DNA of 64,000 nucleotides from Ostrea edulis (taxonomy: Eukaryota), in contig NC_079164.1 in assembly GCF_947568905.1 (NCBI RefSeq), positions 3,596,001 through 3,660,000 of the forward strand, read 5' to 3'. Every line of letters starts with the position of its first letter. Position 1 is the stretch's first letter. Below the pieces are notes generated by a model. That model was not told the DNA's origin, searched no databases, and saw only the letters and a program-made list of their open reading frames with translations. Positions 10,870-24,105 of this stretch are shown here, in pieces. A program made the translations under genes and the position numbers.

Positions 10870-11812
10870 TATAAACCTGGAGTCCTATAATCCTGGAGTC
10901 TTATAATCCTGGAGCCCTATAATCCTAGAGTCCTATAATCATTAAGTTTTATAACCCTAGAGTCTTATAACCCTGGAGTCCTATAAACCTGGATATAATC
11001 CTGAAGTCCTATAATCCTGGATATAGTCCTGGAGTACTATAACCCTGGAGTCCTATAATCCTATGAACCTGGAGTCCTTTAACCCTGGAGTCTTATAATC
11101 CTGGATATAAACCTAGAGTCCTGTAATCCTGGATATAAACCTGGAGTCCTATAATCCTGGAGTCTTATAATCCTGGATATAAACATGGAGTCCTATAATA
11201 CTGGAGTCCTATAATCCTGGATATGAACCTGGAGTCCTATAATCCTGGAGGCTTATAACCCTGGAGTCTTATAACCCTCGAGTCCTATAATCCTGGATAT
11301 AAACCTGGAGTCATATAACCCTGGAGTACTATAACCCTGGTGTCCTATAATCCTAGAGTCCTATAATCCTGGATATAAACCTGGAGTCCTATAATCCTGG
11401 ATATAACCCTGGAGTCCTATAACCCTGGATATAACCCTGGAGTCTTATAATCCTGGATATAACCCTGGAGTGCTGGAGCCCTATAATCCTGGAGTTCTAT
11501 AACCCTGGAGTCCTATAATCCTGGATATAACCCTGGAGCCCTATAATCCTGGAGTTCTATAACCCTGGATATAACCCTGGAGTTCTATAATCCTGGAGTC
11601 TTATAATTCTGGATATAACCCTGGAGTGCTGGAGTCCTATAACCCTGGATATAACCCTGGAGTCCTATAATCCTGGAGTCCTACATCTTCGCTAGCCAAG
11701 GGTGATGTTCCACGGTGAAAAGAGAAACACCGTGGAGCGTCACCCTTGGCTAGCGAAGATGGGAGTCCTATAATCCTGGAGTCTTAAAATTCTGGATATA
11801 ACCCTGGAACCC
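10870..11812. repeat. Compound minisatellite of 16-bp and 12-bp units
   Basis: CTGGAGTCCTATAATC and CTGGATATAAAC/CCC units are interspersed. Confidence 0.95.
11684..11761. mobile_element. 78-bp hairpin mini-MITE with 9-bp target-site duplication
   Basis: 34-bp inverted arms (2 mismatches) and a 10-nt loop; GGAGTCCTA on both flanks (11675-11683, 11762-11770). Confidence 0.8.
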
Positions 11813-12752
11813 CATCTCCAGCCAGTTAGATGTCACAGCGGCCGGCGACACATTTTGGAGTTATAAAAGCAATGATTAACACAAGAATCTTTTTTTGCCA
11901 TCAAATAAGAGAGAGAGACAGGGGGGGGGGGGGGGACCAGTAAAATGTGTATTTTAGTGAGGGAAAATTTCCAACGGACAGAAGTTGTGGGGACAGAATT
12001 GCACTATAAGAAAAAAAATGTCATCACAATTAAGTCCCCATAAATGTGACCTACAGCATGTGAAAGATGTAGCTACAAAATATTAGCTTAGTGAGGACAA
12101 GTGGTGTGAGGACTAAACCTGTCTATACATCAGAGACTGTTTTAATGTTAGAAATAAGTTTTCAACAGTTTGATATTTTGTAATGTATCAATATATATGT
12201 GTATCTATGTATGGCTAACAACACATTCTTATATAATGTGCTTTAGTGCCAATAAAGAATTGAATTGAAAGAATTGAATTGAATATTCTCTCCAAGAAAC
12301 CCTTTTTTCATAATTCGAACGAGAGTACTAGACAAACTTTTATAGGCATCCCTATAGCTATACCTAAAAGAGTACCTTTTTGCCTTTAGAATAATAAATG
12401 TGTGTATTCTCTTCTACACATTGTGAAAGTATGTTATAATGAGAGAGAAAATGTGGAAGGTATGGAGGACAAATTATCCGACTATTTCTCAAAAATAAAC
12501 ATACGTTAGAAGGCGACACAGGTTCGCAAAACTTGATTACATTTGGTGATGTTTCATCATTTACGAAGTCCTTCATCGAAAGGGGTATTATACCATCTCC
12601 CAGTCTCAAGGGATTAGTTATTAATTAAACAAAATGTATGTTTGTTTCACCTTCCAAGCATAGTTTCCATATTTAATGACTAGTCAATCCAAAGAACAAT
12701 GTCCGAGTCAGGTCTTGAATGACCAATCAAAACAATGAATGTCCAAAAGTGG

Positions 12753-12756
<4 letters not shown>

Positions 12757-12790
<34 letters not shown>
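12757..12790. repeat. (CT)n microsatellite
   Basis: Pure CT run. Confidence 0.95.
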
Positions 12791-12795
<5 letters not shown>

Positions 12796-14141
12796 ATCGT
12801 CCAGTCAACGAAGATTGACATTGATTGTACCATACACGTCATTAAATTAATTTCTCTGCAAATGTGCAGCTGCAATAATTGTTGTGGTCATTAGTTGTCA
12901 TTGCTTATAATAGGATAGCTACCTTTGGAATCAGGCGCACACAGGTTATAGTTCGTCACGGACATTCATATGAAGCATGGTTTCACCAGCAAAAGAGTTG
13001 TATATACAATCTTTTTATCTTTTGTATGGGTTTTGGTGTGCTTATTTCCTTCAAAATAATAATAATAATATAAAAGTTGTTTTGTTTGCATAGCAGATAA
13101 AATAAATTTAAATGTAAATTTCGCCGCAATATGATATCTGACATAAATACACTATTTCATAAAACCTCCAAAAAAAAAAAAAAATTCTTGTGGACAAAAG
13201 AAGAGGATGTTTATGAAAATATAAGAGTTATTTGATGATATATCACCTACTTGTTTTATCTACAGCTAAAATCTATATGAAACATTTTAGTTGGAAGGAG
13301 AAAAGGACATATGATAAATCAAAGGTATTTTTTGAAGAAAAATGAAACAGAGCGACAAAATGTCAGAAATATCTTCATTTTTAGACTTGAAGCAACCCAG
13401 TAACAAAGATAGAACTACTTCTGACCAGGCGTGCTTCAAAATTGAAAAGTCGCAACATTTTGACCATGTCATTTAAAAAAAATTCTATCTAAAACATTAA
13501 ATACAATTTAATGTTTTTGATTTTTTTTTTCATAAATATTTTTATCAAAAAGATTAAAAGTGTATCGGAATCTCTTAGACATTGAAGTGTGGACTCTTAA
13601 AATCTAATACTTGCAAACAAAGCACATTCTTCTATAGGTTAAAAATCAATACAGGACACAGCTAGGGTGATATAGAATATATATATAGATATAGCATATT
13701 AACTGACAATTTAAGAACATGCAATGAAATATAAATATATGAATCCAATTCTAGTATGATCTTAAAATATTATGCAATTTGAATAAGCCTAGAAGATTGA
13801 ACAAATTAAACATATAATGGTTGGCTATCACAGTATCGCTGTATTGATATTGCACCTAAGGATAACCGGGTGCTTATTGTAACAAATTCTATAGCGCTAA
13901 TTAATATTCCAATAAAACACACAGAGAAAAATTCATATAAGATAATTAAGCGCTTGTATCACTCTGTCGATGGTGAAATCATACTTCGTTTAATATGAGA
14001 TGCTTTAAAAACGAGCTATTGAATAAAATTCTGGTCTAAAGAGCCACCTTACTGTAAACGAGAAAAAATCCAATCGTATCAGCATTCTAAAATTTAGTCT
14101 ATTACGATTAACGCGAGATTTCGACACGGTGTAAAAATAAT

Positions 14142-17100
14142 ATGGCAGACATGGGAAACCGATGGGAAGGTGTGATATTTATAGACTTGTTTATATATCG
14201 TTTATCTCTGAGTACATACCAAAGCTTACTTGTCAATGAATTGTAACATTGTTTTTATTTTTAAGTGGTAAAGATCATGGAATTATTTGTGTAATATACA
14301 TGTAAATAGGTATTTATTGGATCAACTGAAACTAAGAAGAAATTTCGAAAAATGACTAGTTTTATTGCGCAGCTACATGTATTTATGCTTAGGTTAAAGG
14401 GTTACTAAATAAGGCCTGATCCACAAACGAAGAATATTTTGACAGTAAAGCTACGTCAGACGTGTCATTTGTACCATAAAGAAACGAAACATGATAAATG
14501 TATGCAACAACAATGTTTACACAATTGTTTTGGAGAGTTTTGATGTTTAAAAAAGTTTAATTTTAAATGAAACTTGAAAATGATATAAATTTCCAACAGG
14601 ATTCAAACACTGCAGTATGAGGCAAAACTTATTTTCGGCACTAGAGCAGGCTAATTAGGGTAGAATATTGGTGTACATTAACTAGCCCAAATCTGATGCT
14701 ATTGTCAATATTTAATGGTAGAGTAGTTGCTCATTATTTTATGACAAGATATGTGGATTGATGTTAAAAAAAATGTACATTGTAATACAGTTTAGTGTGT
14801 TCTGTTTGACTATTTGATCTGTCCTGCTTCAGAATAATGAGTAGGTAAGGAAGGCTTCCACTAATGCAAGATCTTCTGGCTAAAACATAATTATATTTCT
14901 TTAGCGAGAGTAGATATATCCTGTGCAACTGAGAAAAACACCCGAGGAGTACATCTATTTGTATTTCACATGAAATGATATGAAATTTCTTGACTGTGTT
15001 ATCAATTCTGCATAGGCAATTGATGCCATGCTGAGTGTGTGTCGCACTTCTTCTGCATTGCTTGGGATTTGTCATTATTTTCAATCAACAAAACACCTAT
15101 TTATGGTCATGTTTACTCTTTCGCTAAAGAGGGATAATCGCATTTTAGTAAGAAGATCTTGAGATAGGGGAAGTGTTCCCAATGAGAAACGAAATTAGAT
15201 TCCATTGAAATCTTCACTAAATCAAGTGACTGGTGTCCTCCTATTGAGCGTCGTCCTGTTCCTGGTATTGGGGTACACTGACACACATTAGCAGTGTTCG
15301 AAATTGGTTAAAACTTGGTATAGACCACGGGTCTATGCCTAAACAAGATGACATAGAACTCATCGAATTGGCATAGACCGCAACATTGAAAAAAAAACAA
15401 CACAAATTTAAAACGTTATTTACTTTCTTTCCATTTCCATAACAATATCCTCCTTTCTTCATAATGTTTATCAGACGTCGACTTTTGGGATAATTCTATC
15501 GCTTTAAACCTAGAAAATTGGCATAGACAATATGGTCTATCCCAATTACAATTGGCGTAGACCAGTGTTATTTGACATAGACTCGGTCTATGGTTAATTT
15601 CGAACACTGCATTAGACATACTCTTCAACTATCAAACTGTATACATCCTTAATGACAATGTGTTAAGTTCTTCCCAGAAGATATTGAATGCATGGGGGAT
15701 GGTTAATTTCTGACTCTGTGCCGAACAATACAATATACCACTTGTATAGTGTTATTGCGCATCTTCATTAATCAAAAGATCCTGTACAATTTATACACTT
15801 TTATACATATATTTGGAACATTTGATAAATTTATATACATTATAAATGAATGTTTCACTAGATAATGATTTTCCTTTTTTAACTTTCTTTAAGGTCATTT
15901 GATACAATGAATGCAAGGGTTGATTAGATTGGTTGATGATTTTCCTTTTTTAACTTTCTTTAAGGTCATTTGATACAATGAATGCAAGGGTTGATTAGAT
16001 TGGTTGATGATTTTCCTTTTTTAACTTTCTTTAAGGTCATTTGATACAATGAATGCAAGGGTTGATTAGATTGGTTGTGATAAGTCCTTAAAAATCATGT
16101 GACTTGTAAATTTTCTATGATATCAAAATTTTGAAATATATTGATGACCCTCCTACTATAACCCTGCATGAATTTTCCCCTCTGTTTTAAACTTAATTTT
16201 GAAATCATGGAAATAATTTACATTCCATATGGTAAATTGTATTCATTTATTTTTACTTATAAAAACAGAAATTCAGTTTCTTTATTATTTTAAGTTTTGT
16301 TTGTAGCAAGTGTCGTTAAAGGAATGGTTCATTTATTTAAATTTGTGCCCTCTGTTATATGATTTATTGATATTTATTTTAGATTTGCGGAAACTGGCAA
16401 GGCAACTTGAAAATGAGATCGATTTAAAGTTAGTCTCCTTCAGTAAGCTGGGAACAAGTTATTCCTCACATACAGACTATGGAAGGTAAGCAATTTCAAT
16501 ACCCCCCCACAAAAGAAAAAACTCCATCTATTTATGCTGTTCATAATTATAAATGTCAATGTTTACATAATGACAAGATTTATCTGAACTTTTGAAAATT
16601 GAGCTAGATTTTTAAAGTACAGTATAAACTGCCTAATCCGACACCTGTGAAATCCAATTCATGGGCCATTCTGATCTGTATTTCCATTGTGTTTTACACT
16701 GTTTATTCAGTTTCACCGTACGTGTATAATGATATCTGATGGTAGTTAATTTTGTGTGTTGTTTTAGTTTTCTACATTTTCTTTACAAAATCCCTTTTTT
16801 TCAGTGAGTCATCTCCCCTGATGCAGAGATCAAGCAGTGAACACATGTTTGACACCATGGCAATGGAGATTGAACAGCTACTGTCTAAGGTATGACTCGT
16901 TCAGAGATTGATTATGAACAACTGTTGTCTAGAGTATGACTCGTTCAGAGATTGATTATGAACAGCTGTTGTCTAGAGTATGACTCGTTCAGAGATTGAT
17001 TATGAACAGCTGTTGTCTAGAGTATGACTCGTTCAGAGATTGATTATGAACAGCTACTGTCTAAGGTATGGGTCATCCAGAGATTGATTATGAACGATGC

Positions 17101-20100
17101 TGTCTAAGGTATGGGTCATCCAGAGATTGAACAGTGTTGTCTAAGGTATGGGTCATCCAGAGATTGAACAGTGTTGTCTAAGGTATGGGTCATCCAGAGA
17201 TTGAACAGTGTTGTCTAAAGTATGACTCGTTCAGAGATTGATTATGAACAGCTGTTGTCTAAAGTATGACTCGTTCAGATATTGATTATGAACAGCTGTT
17301 GTCTAAAGTATGACTCGTTCAGAGATTGATTATGAACAGCTGTTGTCTAAAGTATGACTCATTCAGAGATTGATTATGAACAGCTGTTGTCTAAAGTATG
17401 ACTCGTTCAGAGATTGATTATGAACGATGCTGTCTAAGGTATGACTCGTTCAGAGATTGATTATGAACGATGCTGTCTAAGGTATGGGTCGTCCAGAGAT
17501 TGATTATGAACAGTGTTGTCTAAGGTATGGGTCGTCCAGAGATTGAACAGTGTTGTGTAAGGTATGGCTCATTCAGAGATTGATTATGAACAGCTGTTGT
17601 CTAAGGTATGACTCGTTCAGAGATTGATTATGAACAGATGTTGTCTAAGGTATGGCTTGTTCAGAGAGCGAATTGAATTATTTTTGCATTAAGCAGTCAT
17701 TGGAACAACATCATGGATAATATATTTGGATAGATTTCTACCAGCTCTGAACTCAACAGTTGAAGATCAAAATTTATTACCACAATCAAGTTTTAAAGAA
17801 TAAGGTCTTCTCTCAAGCAGTCAAACTATTAGCACAGTCTTCACGAAAACATTTAAAACTTGCTGGCCAGTCGGACCAGTGAAATGTCTGAATTTACTGG
17901 CCCACTGTGAAATTTACTGGCCCCCTAAATTTTCATGTTTATCACATACATTATGGAATGCATTGTAAAATTGTACAATTAATTTACTGAAACTATGGTT
18001 ATTACTCGTATTCATATCCACCCTAAGACATCCTTTCTGTCGATACCAGAAAAACAACACTGTACATGGTATTTTCTCTCTCTACGCCCGCAAACAACAA
18101 GACTACAAATTTACGTATTTTTAACAAATATGAAAACAGCCCGAGTGCACCTTAGAAAATAGCCTTCTCTACCAACATCAAATGGAAACGATTGATTAAT
18201 TCTACAAACTATAGAAATTGCATAAAATCAGAGATAACTGCAATTGTCGAAGTTCATTTTAATTGGAAAATGCAATAAAGCAACAATTACCAGTGTGCAG
18301 TGCGATACAGAACGCGGCCATTTTTGTTGTTTCAACAAGTTGTTCGTTTAATATTCACGTGATCAACGTACAAGTTATCTTGACAATTACACATATAGTT
18401 ACAGTTTTTACGAAATAAACAAACCCCGATGTCCAAACACTTACTTTATTTGCTATTTTTTGATTTATTTTTATTTTGATGGTAAATTTAAGCAAATAAG
18501 ACATTTAGAATATCTAAATCCAACATTATGTTTAATGTGATTTACAAAAAGTCTACAAGCCCATCGGACTTTCTGATTTTTAATTTCCACTGACCCGACC
18601 GTAAAATTCACTGGCTTCGGTCTTCGGACCACTGAGATTTCGTGAAGACTGTTAGCATGATTATTATAATCAATGAGCCCTATACTAAAACTGAAATGCA
18701 TGACCCATGAACTAAGTTGGTCATATATATGTTATTTTTTAACGGGACTGATTCACGAATTTCCCCAAAATTTTGTTTTTTACTTTTAATGATCAAAATC
18801 TTTTGTCTAATGTGTTTAAAAGATATCACATAAAAATTAAGGTTATACATCATCACAGAAGCTCATTTTAGAGAGTTTATTATTTGTTTTGTAAACAAAG
18901 ATTGCGGTATGTTATTGTTTACGAAATTTTCAAAAGAAATGCATATCGATCTAAGTTTATTATATCTTTCACATATCAAGCATTCTTTGGGTAAAATATG
19001 TCATCTCAAAGTTAAAATTTGTGACTATGCAAAATTAAGATGCTTTATATTACAAAATCAACATTTCACTTGTTTGTTTGTATACATGAAAAGACTCTTG
19101 AGTTTTTGTTTACATAACACAGATTTAAGGCTAAAATATTGCTTTTATTCTTGCGTTCAGAAGGTCAAAAGTTTGGCTGTCAGCATTAAATCAGTTATAT
19201 TTTTAATGTTTAACACCAAAAATAAAAAATATTATTTTTAAAAAATTGTGAACCAATCACTTTTAAGATGTCATTGCCCAAACCTTTTAAGTGTTTAAAG
19301 TTTATAGTTTGTACATGCTTTGTAACCTGAACATTTTTAAACTCCTGTTAGTCCTGCACCCTCAATAACACAAGTATACCACACTTGTCCGACATCTGAA
19401 CTTAATTCTGCATAATAACATTTGTCAGATGACATGTTCCTCTTCATTAAAATGTTGGTAGCTGGAAAATCAACTTTTTCCTTTTCCATATATCTGATAA
19501 ATCAGTAAAAATAAAAAAAGATTACTTGGGATATGAGAAGTCAGAACAATTTTAATAATGTTGAAGTAACGACATAGTACATGTAGCTGTATTTCTAAAA
19601 ATAGCTTCAGGAGACCAACGACAGAATGGCAGACTACACACAGAATATCGGAACCAACTCACCCAGCGCTGCGCTCCTTCACACATTACAGAGACACAGA
19701 GACATCCTCCAGGATTACTCGCACGAATTCCAAAAAACCAAGTCAAATATCACAGCTCTCCGGGAGAGGGAGGACCTTCTGGGATCAGTGCACAGAGATA
19801 TCAAGTAATTACAGCACAGTTTATTAGTAATATATAGCACAGTTGTACTATTTATAGCACATATGTACTAATTATAGCATAGTTGTAATAATTATAGCAC
19901 ATATGTACTAATTATAGCACAGTTGTACTATTTATAGCACATCTGTACTAATTATAGCACAGTTTTAGTAATATATAGCACACCTGTAGCAATGATAGAG
20001 TATTTGTAGTATTGTTAAGCAGGTACTTCATATGGTAAGGTGAAAACGCCCAAGATTCAATGCTGTTATATTGATAAATGTATTACACAATACTGAAGAA

Positions 20101-22152
20101 GTCATAATTGAAGCCCTTCATATTACATTGTAGATTGTTTGCATAAAATTGAGATAACATTTGTAGTGTGAGAAAACATTTGTAGTAATATTGTATATGA
20201 GACGGATGAAAAAACCCACCAGACCCAGTTCTCTCATTATTTCATTAATATACTGTATCAATCGCAACTTCTCAGGTCTTTATGGCAAGCTTGAAGAAGG
20301 TGTCTCGAATGTCGTTCATCAGAAGTATGGAATTTGTACAAAATGGACACTTCCAATTATTGTGCAGGTCACTAATTAGTGATTTTTAACACATTGTTAG
20401 ACTTACTATTGGGAGATCTCATCATTTCTAGCAAATATTTATTGGAAAAGGGATGATAAATATTTTCTATTGTCTAGTTTGATTTGATGATATACAAATG
20501 GAGATTACCATATTACATTCGGGGTTGTTTTTGCACTTGCTGGAAAGGCCTGAGAATGTTTGATTGATGCTGTATAAGATACAGGACTGTATACACAATA
20601 CTTCAAGAGTTAAGAAGGTAGAATTGATGGTGTCATAGTACTCAAATAAAATACTTGGAGCACCATATGGTGTTTGTTTTCCTTGGAAGTATTGGGTATA
20701 ACACGCTTATAATGAACAAGTTTAAAATAACTAATTAATGCTTAATATCGTGAAGTCATATTTATTCCTGTTTGAAAGGTAAGTAACGAAGATTTGATTA
20801 GATATCACAAAATTTGGTTATAATGAGCTGTTTTTCACAGATAGATGCTGAATGTTCAGTAGAACTGTTTAACTGTATAAATGTTTATGACATCATATTT
20901 CAGATATGCACATATTTTTAAATTTCCCCAGACAGCCAAATGAATAGTAGAACTGAGAAATTGGTTGAAATATACCATGCATTAATACAAATACTAGTAT
21001 TTATATTATGGTACTTTGAAATGTTTTAAATGTGATATTTTACATTTCAGTGCATACAAGAATTCTTCAGGTCTGAATAGAAGAACAGATCTTTATTTGA
21101 AGGAGAATGAACACATAAGAAAGTGAGCATAAGTTTTACCTTGATACTGGTGTAAAACAGGGAGATATTCTATCATGTTTGCTGTTACAGTTTTTGATGA
21201 ATTTTTTTTTTTATTTCTGAGAATTACCTGGTAAAAGGATATTAATTTGTTTATTCACAGCTCTGACCGGCTCATTGATGATCAGATCAGGTAAGAATTT
21301 ACATGCATTAAAAAATGAAATTGGTCAGATTGCTTGATAGAAAATATTTGTATAACCCAGCAGTTATAATGCAGTTGAATTGTTATATTTCAGTGTTGCA
21401 ATAGCAACTAAAGAAAATTTACAATCTCAGAAGAAAATGTTAGGTGGGATCCAACAAAGGATGAACTCATTAGCCAGTATCCTTATTAGTGAATAAGTAG
21501 ATTATACTAATCTGTGTAGTATAGATGTGTCGGTTCATACAGTATATGTAATTATTTCAGCATCTTTAGTGTTGAATTTTTATTCTGTGCTGATATTTAA
21601 ACTGCTGTATATATGCAGTAAAACATGCTAATATTGAACAAGCTTATATCAAATTCACATTATTGTGAAATGATATTTATTCCCCCATGAGAGGAAAATA
21701 ACAAAAATATGATTGGATTGAACAAAGTTTGGTTATGAACTGTTTTCAGTGGCCCTAAAGGTTCACCATAATCACAGTGGCGAATCATGTGACTTTGGCA
21801 TGACCTATTACCCGGAAAAATGACGGGTAAAAATGTCTCCTGAGAAATGGGTAATAGGTCTTACCAAAGTCATGCGATTCGCCACCGTGGTAACTGTGTT
21901 TTGCTGTATTCAGTAATATAGCTGACTCGAGTGCTGTGTTATGATCACATCGATATAATGCATTAGAAAGTCCATTCCATCCACTTTTTTAGCATTCAAG
22001 AAAAAAACTCCTTAACTAAATTCTCAGATCGTTTTCCCATTATCAACAGCCTTATTCAGAAAGTCAACTTACGGAAGAGAAGGGACACCATTATCCTGGC
22101 CAGCGTCATAGCAACATGTACCATCTTGTTAATGTTGTATGCCTTCCACTGA
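14142..22152 (+). CDS. GOSR1: Golgi SNAP receptor complex member 1 (GS28), 8 exons
   Basis: Exons 14142-14169, 16383-16485, 16805-16889, 19605-19804, 21051-21122, 21261-21290, 21394-21476 and 22028-22152. The spliced protein reads MADMGNRWEDLRKLARQLENEIDLKLVSFSKLG...HTLQRHRDILQDYSHEFQKTK...RFPIINSLIQKVNLRKRRDTIILASVIATCTILLMLYAFH*, with a C-terminal TM anchor; phases are consistent. Confidence 0.96.
15866..16077. repeat. 3 x 71-bp tandem repeat in GOSR1 intron 1
   Basis: TGATTTTCCTTTTTTAACTTTC... recurs at 15866, 15937 and 16008. Confidence 0.9.
16866..17665 (+). repeat. 44/38-bp tandem array copying the GOSR1 exon-3 end and donor
   Basis: Units GTATGACTCGTTCAGAGATTGATTATGAACAGCTGTTGTCTAAG start at the true donor (16890) and recur at 16934, 16978 and onward. 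Confidence 0.93.
17835..18651. mobile_element. ~817-bp non-autonomous DNA transposon in GOSR1 intron 3
   Basis: 14-bp TIR CAGTCTTCACGAAA / TTTCGTGAAGACTG, subterminal AATTTACTGGCCC-like repeats, and TTAGCA on both flanks. Confidence 0.75.
21616..21906. mobile_element. CAGTAAAAC-family (Tc1/pogo-like) MITE, interrupted in its right TIR
   Basis: Left CAGTAAAACATGCTAATATTGAAC; right GTTCACCATAA[insertion]CTGTGTTTTGCTG followed by TA. Confidence 0.7.
21773..21889. mobile_element. Transib/RAG-like hairpin MITE (117 bp)
   Basis: ~41-bp TIRs beginning CACAGTGG / CACGGTGG; flanks ATAAT and GTAAC are consistent with a 5-bp ATAAC duplication carrying one transition in each copy. Confidence 0.7.
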
Positions 22153-23464
22153 ATGTCCCCTGTGATACTGTGTGAGAATGTGCGAGCGAGTGAGAGAAAG
22201 GGAGACAACTGAGTCATTGTTTACATGTTATTTCTCAGTCTGTGATGGATTATTAACATTCAATAAAACTTTTATCAATCGGATCCGTAATGGGTTCCAT
22301 AAAAATGGCTGCAATGCGAAAAGAAATTGGCACTTTTTTTTATGCAGGATGTACATTTGTTTTGACAGGACACTTTGTGATGTGCTACCTTGTTGATAGA
22401 CATGTACAGATATTACAGCTCTTCCTTGTAAAACAAGAGATCTGTAAGTCAATTCATCATTAATTTTATCCCTTCACTACAAAGTTGCAGGGTAGACATG
22501 AAAGGATGTGTAGATTTGTGAATCCAGAACAATGTTGTGGTTGGTACTGCATGATGTGACTAGATTTCCATCTCATACATGTACTTGCAATAACATCTTC
22601 ATTATTCTCTTGCACTAGGAAGATCAAATTGTGACTGTTGAAAGTTTTGGTTGACTAATGCAGCCCATTATTCCAGTTTGAATACTTCACAGTTTTTAAG
22701 GAGAATGAAAATTCTGTGATGTCAAATTTCAAACCTAGGACTATTTCAACATGAAAATGACAGAAGTTTAAGGGAAATTCAAACAGATCCACAAAAGTGG
22801 CTTTGAAGCATCTCATCCTTTCAGCTGTTGTGAATTGTCTGGAAGCAATATCAGCATTGAATCCTGTAGTAATACAGCTTTTTTGGTGTAACAATTTCCT
22901 TTCTATAAAAGTAAGAAGCACTGCTCATGTTTTTTTGTTAAGTTTAAATTTCCATTTATTTTGGGATTTATGATGATTATATTTTAAAATTCAATGTACT
23001 ATTTTTTCTCTCTGTTTACATGCAAATGTTTTCTGTATAGCTGCATATATACATGCCCAGACTGTGCATTCTTTTACCTGTGGTATTTACATGTACAGTA
23101 TATATGCTCTTATTTTCAATAAAATTCTTTTTGTTTTTGTTCTGACAACAGTTTGTGACCATTCTAATGTGTTACTATTGACTACTGATAAAACATTCCT
23201 TGTAGACTTTATACATGTATATACTATATCTCGGACATTTTGAAACTGGTGTAGTGGACAGTACTTGGTGTTCAGTAATTTAACTAGTTACTAATAATAC
23301 TAGGTATGCAAACTTGTTTGGTGAATTATTTCCTATATCTTGAAATGTTGATGAAATGGACAATTTAATCCATTGCTATATTAAAATGACAGGAATCGTG
23401 TTCATCTGACAAAACCATTGCTTTGTGTTTTCGAGTATTCAGCTGTGGAGCATGATGGGTCATA

Positions 23465-23731
23465 CAGTGGCGGATCCAGGATTTGTTGGGGGGGGGGGAT
23501 AAATAGGCTGGGGGGTTCCAGGCTTTTGAGGCTTATTAGGGTACTTTTATGGATTATTCTAGCTATACTTTATACATAATGAAATCAATAACAAATAATT
23601 GATTTGTTTGTATGTATAATGTCAAATCTTATACCTTTTGCTGTAACAGTTCTACAATTTTTTTTCTAATTTGGGTTACAAAAAAGGGTGGGTAGGGGTG
23701 TGTGGTCGTCTCCCCTCAATATCCGCCACTG
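23465..23731. mobile_element. MITE with CAGTGGCGGAT termini
   Basis: CAGTGGCGGATCCAGG ... CCTCAATATCCGCCACTG; no clear TSD. Confidence 0.7.
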
Positions 23732-23944
23732 ACTGTTAAAAGTAGTAATTATGGGTATATACATGTATTATGTTACAGTAGTTTGTTGTGTGAACTTAAT
23801 TGTGTAAAGTGAAAGTATATTGTACATCTATTTATTTGTTATATTTTATGCAGAAAAGAATTGTGTGAAAGTGTTTCCATGGTTACATAGTCATGAAATA
23901 AATAAATATGTCTGCAGTTCAGTTGTTCTGTGTGAATAATGATA

Positions 23945-24105
23945 ATAAGTTATATTTACATTTATAACTTAGAATTACGATTTTAACAATTATAATTACA
24001 TTTATAACTTAGAATTACGATTATAATTGTGTTTATAACTTAGAATTATGATTATAACAATTATAATTATGTTTAAAACTTAGAATTATGATTATAACAA
24101 TTATT
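23945..24105. repeat. AT-rich tandem repeat
   Basis: ATAACTTAGAATTA(C/T)GATTATAA units. Confidence 0.8.

Larger units (their letters stand above)
21477..22027 (+). other. U12-type (minor spliceosome) GT-AG intron of GOSR1
   Basis: 5' site GTATCCTT at 21477; branch site TCCTTAAC at 22009-22016, shortly upstream of the AG at 22026-22027; no long polypyrimidine tract. Confidence 0.92.

Noticed and set aside
12364-12630. Short open frames on both strands between SelO and GOSR1
   Set aside because: No recognisable domain and no convincing splice sites.
14764-15300. Possible decayed coding or retroelement fragment in GOSR1 intron 1
   Set aside because: Multiple stops and no RT, transposase or other motif that I can identify; a TBLASTX search would be needed.
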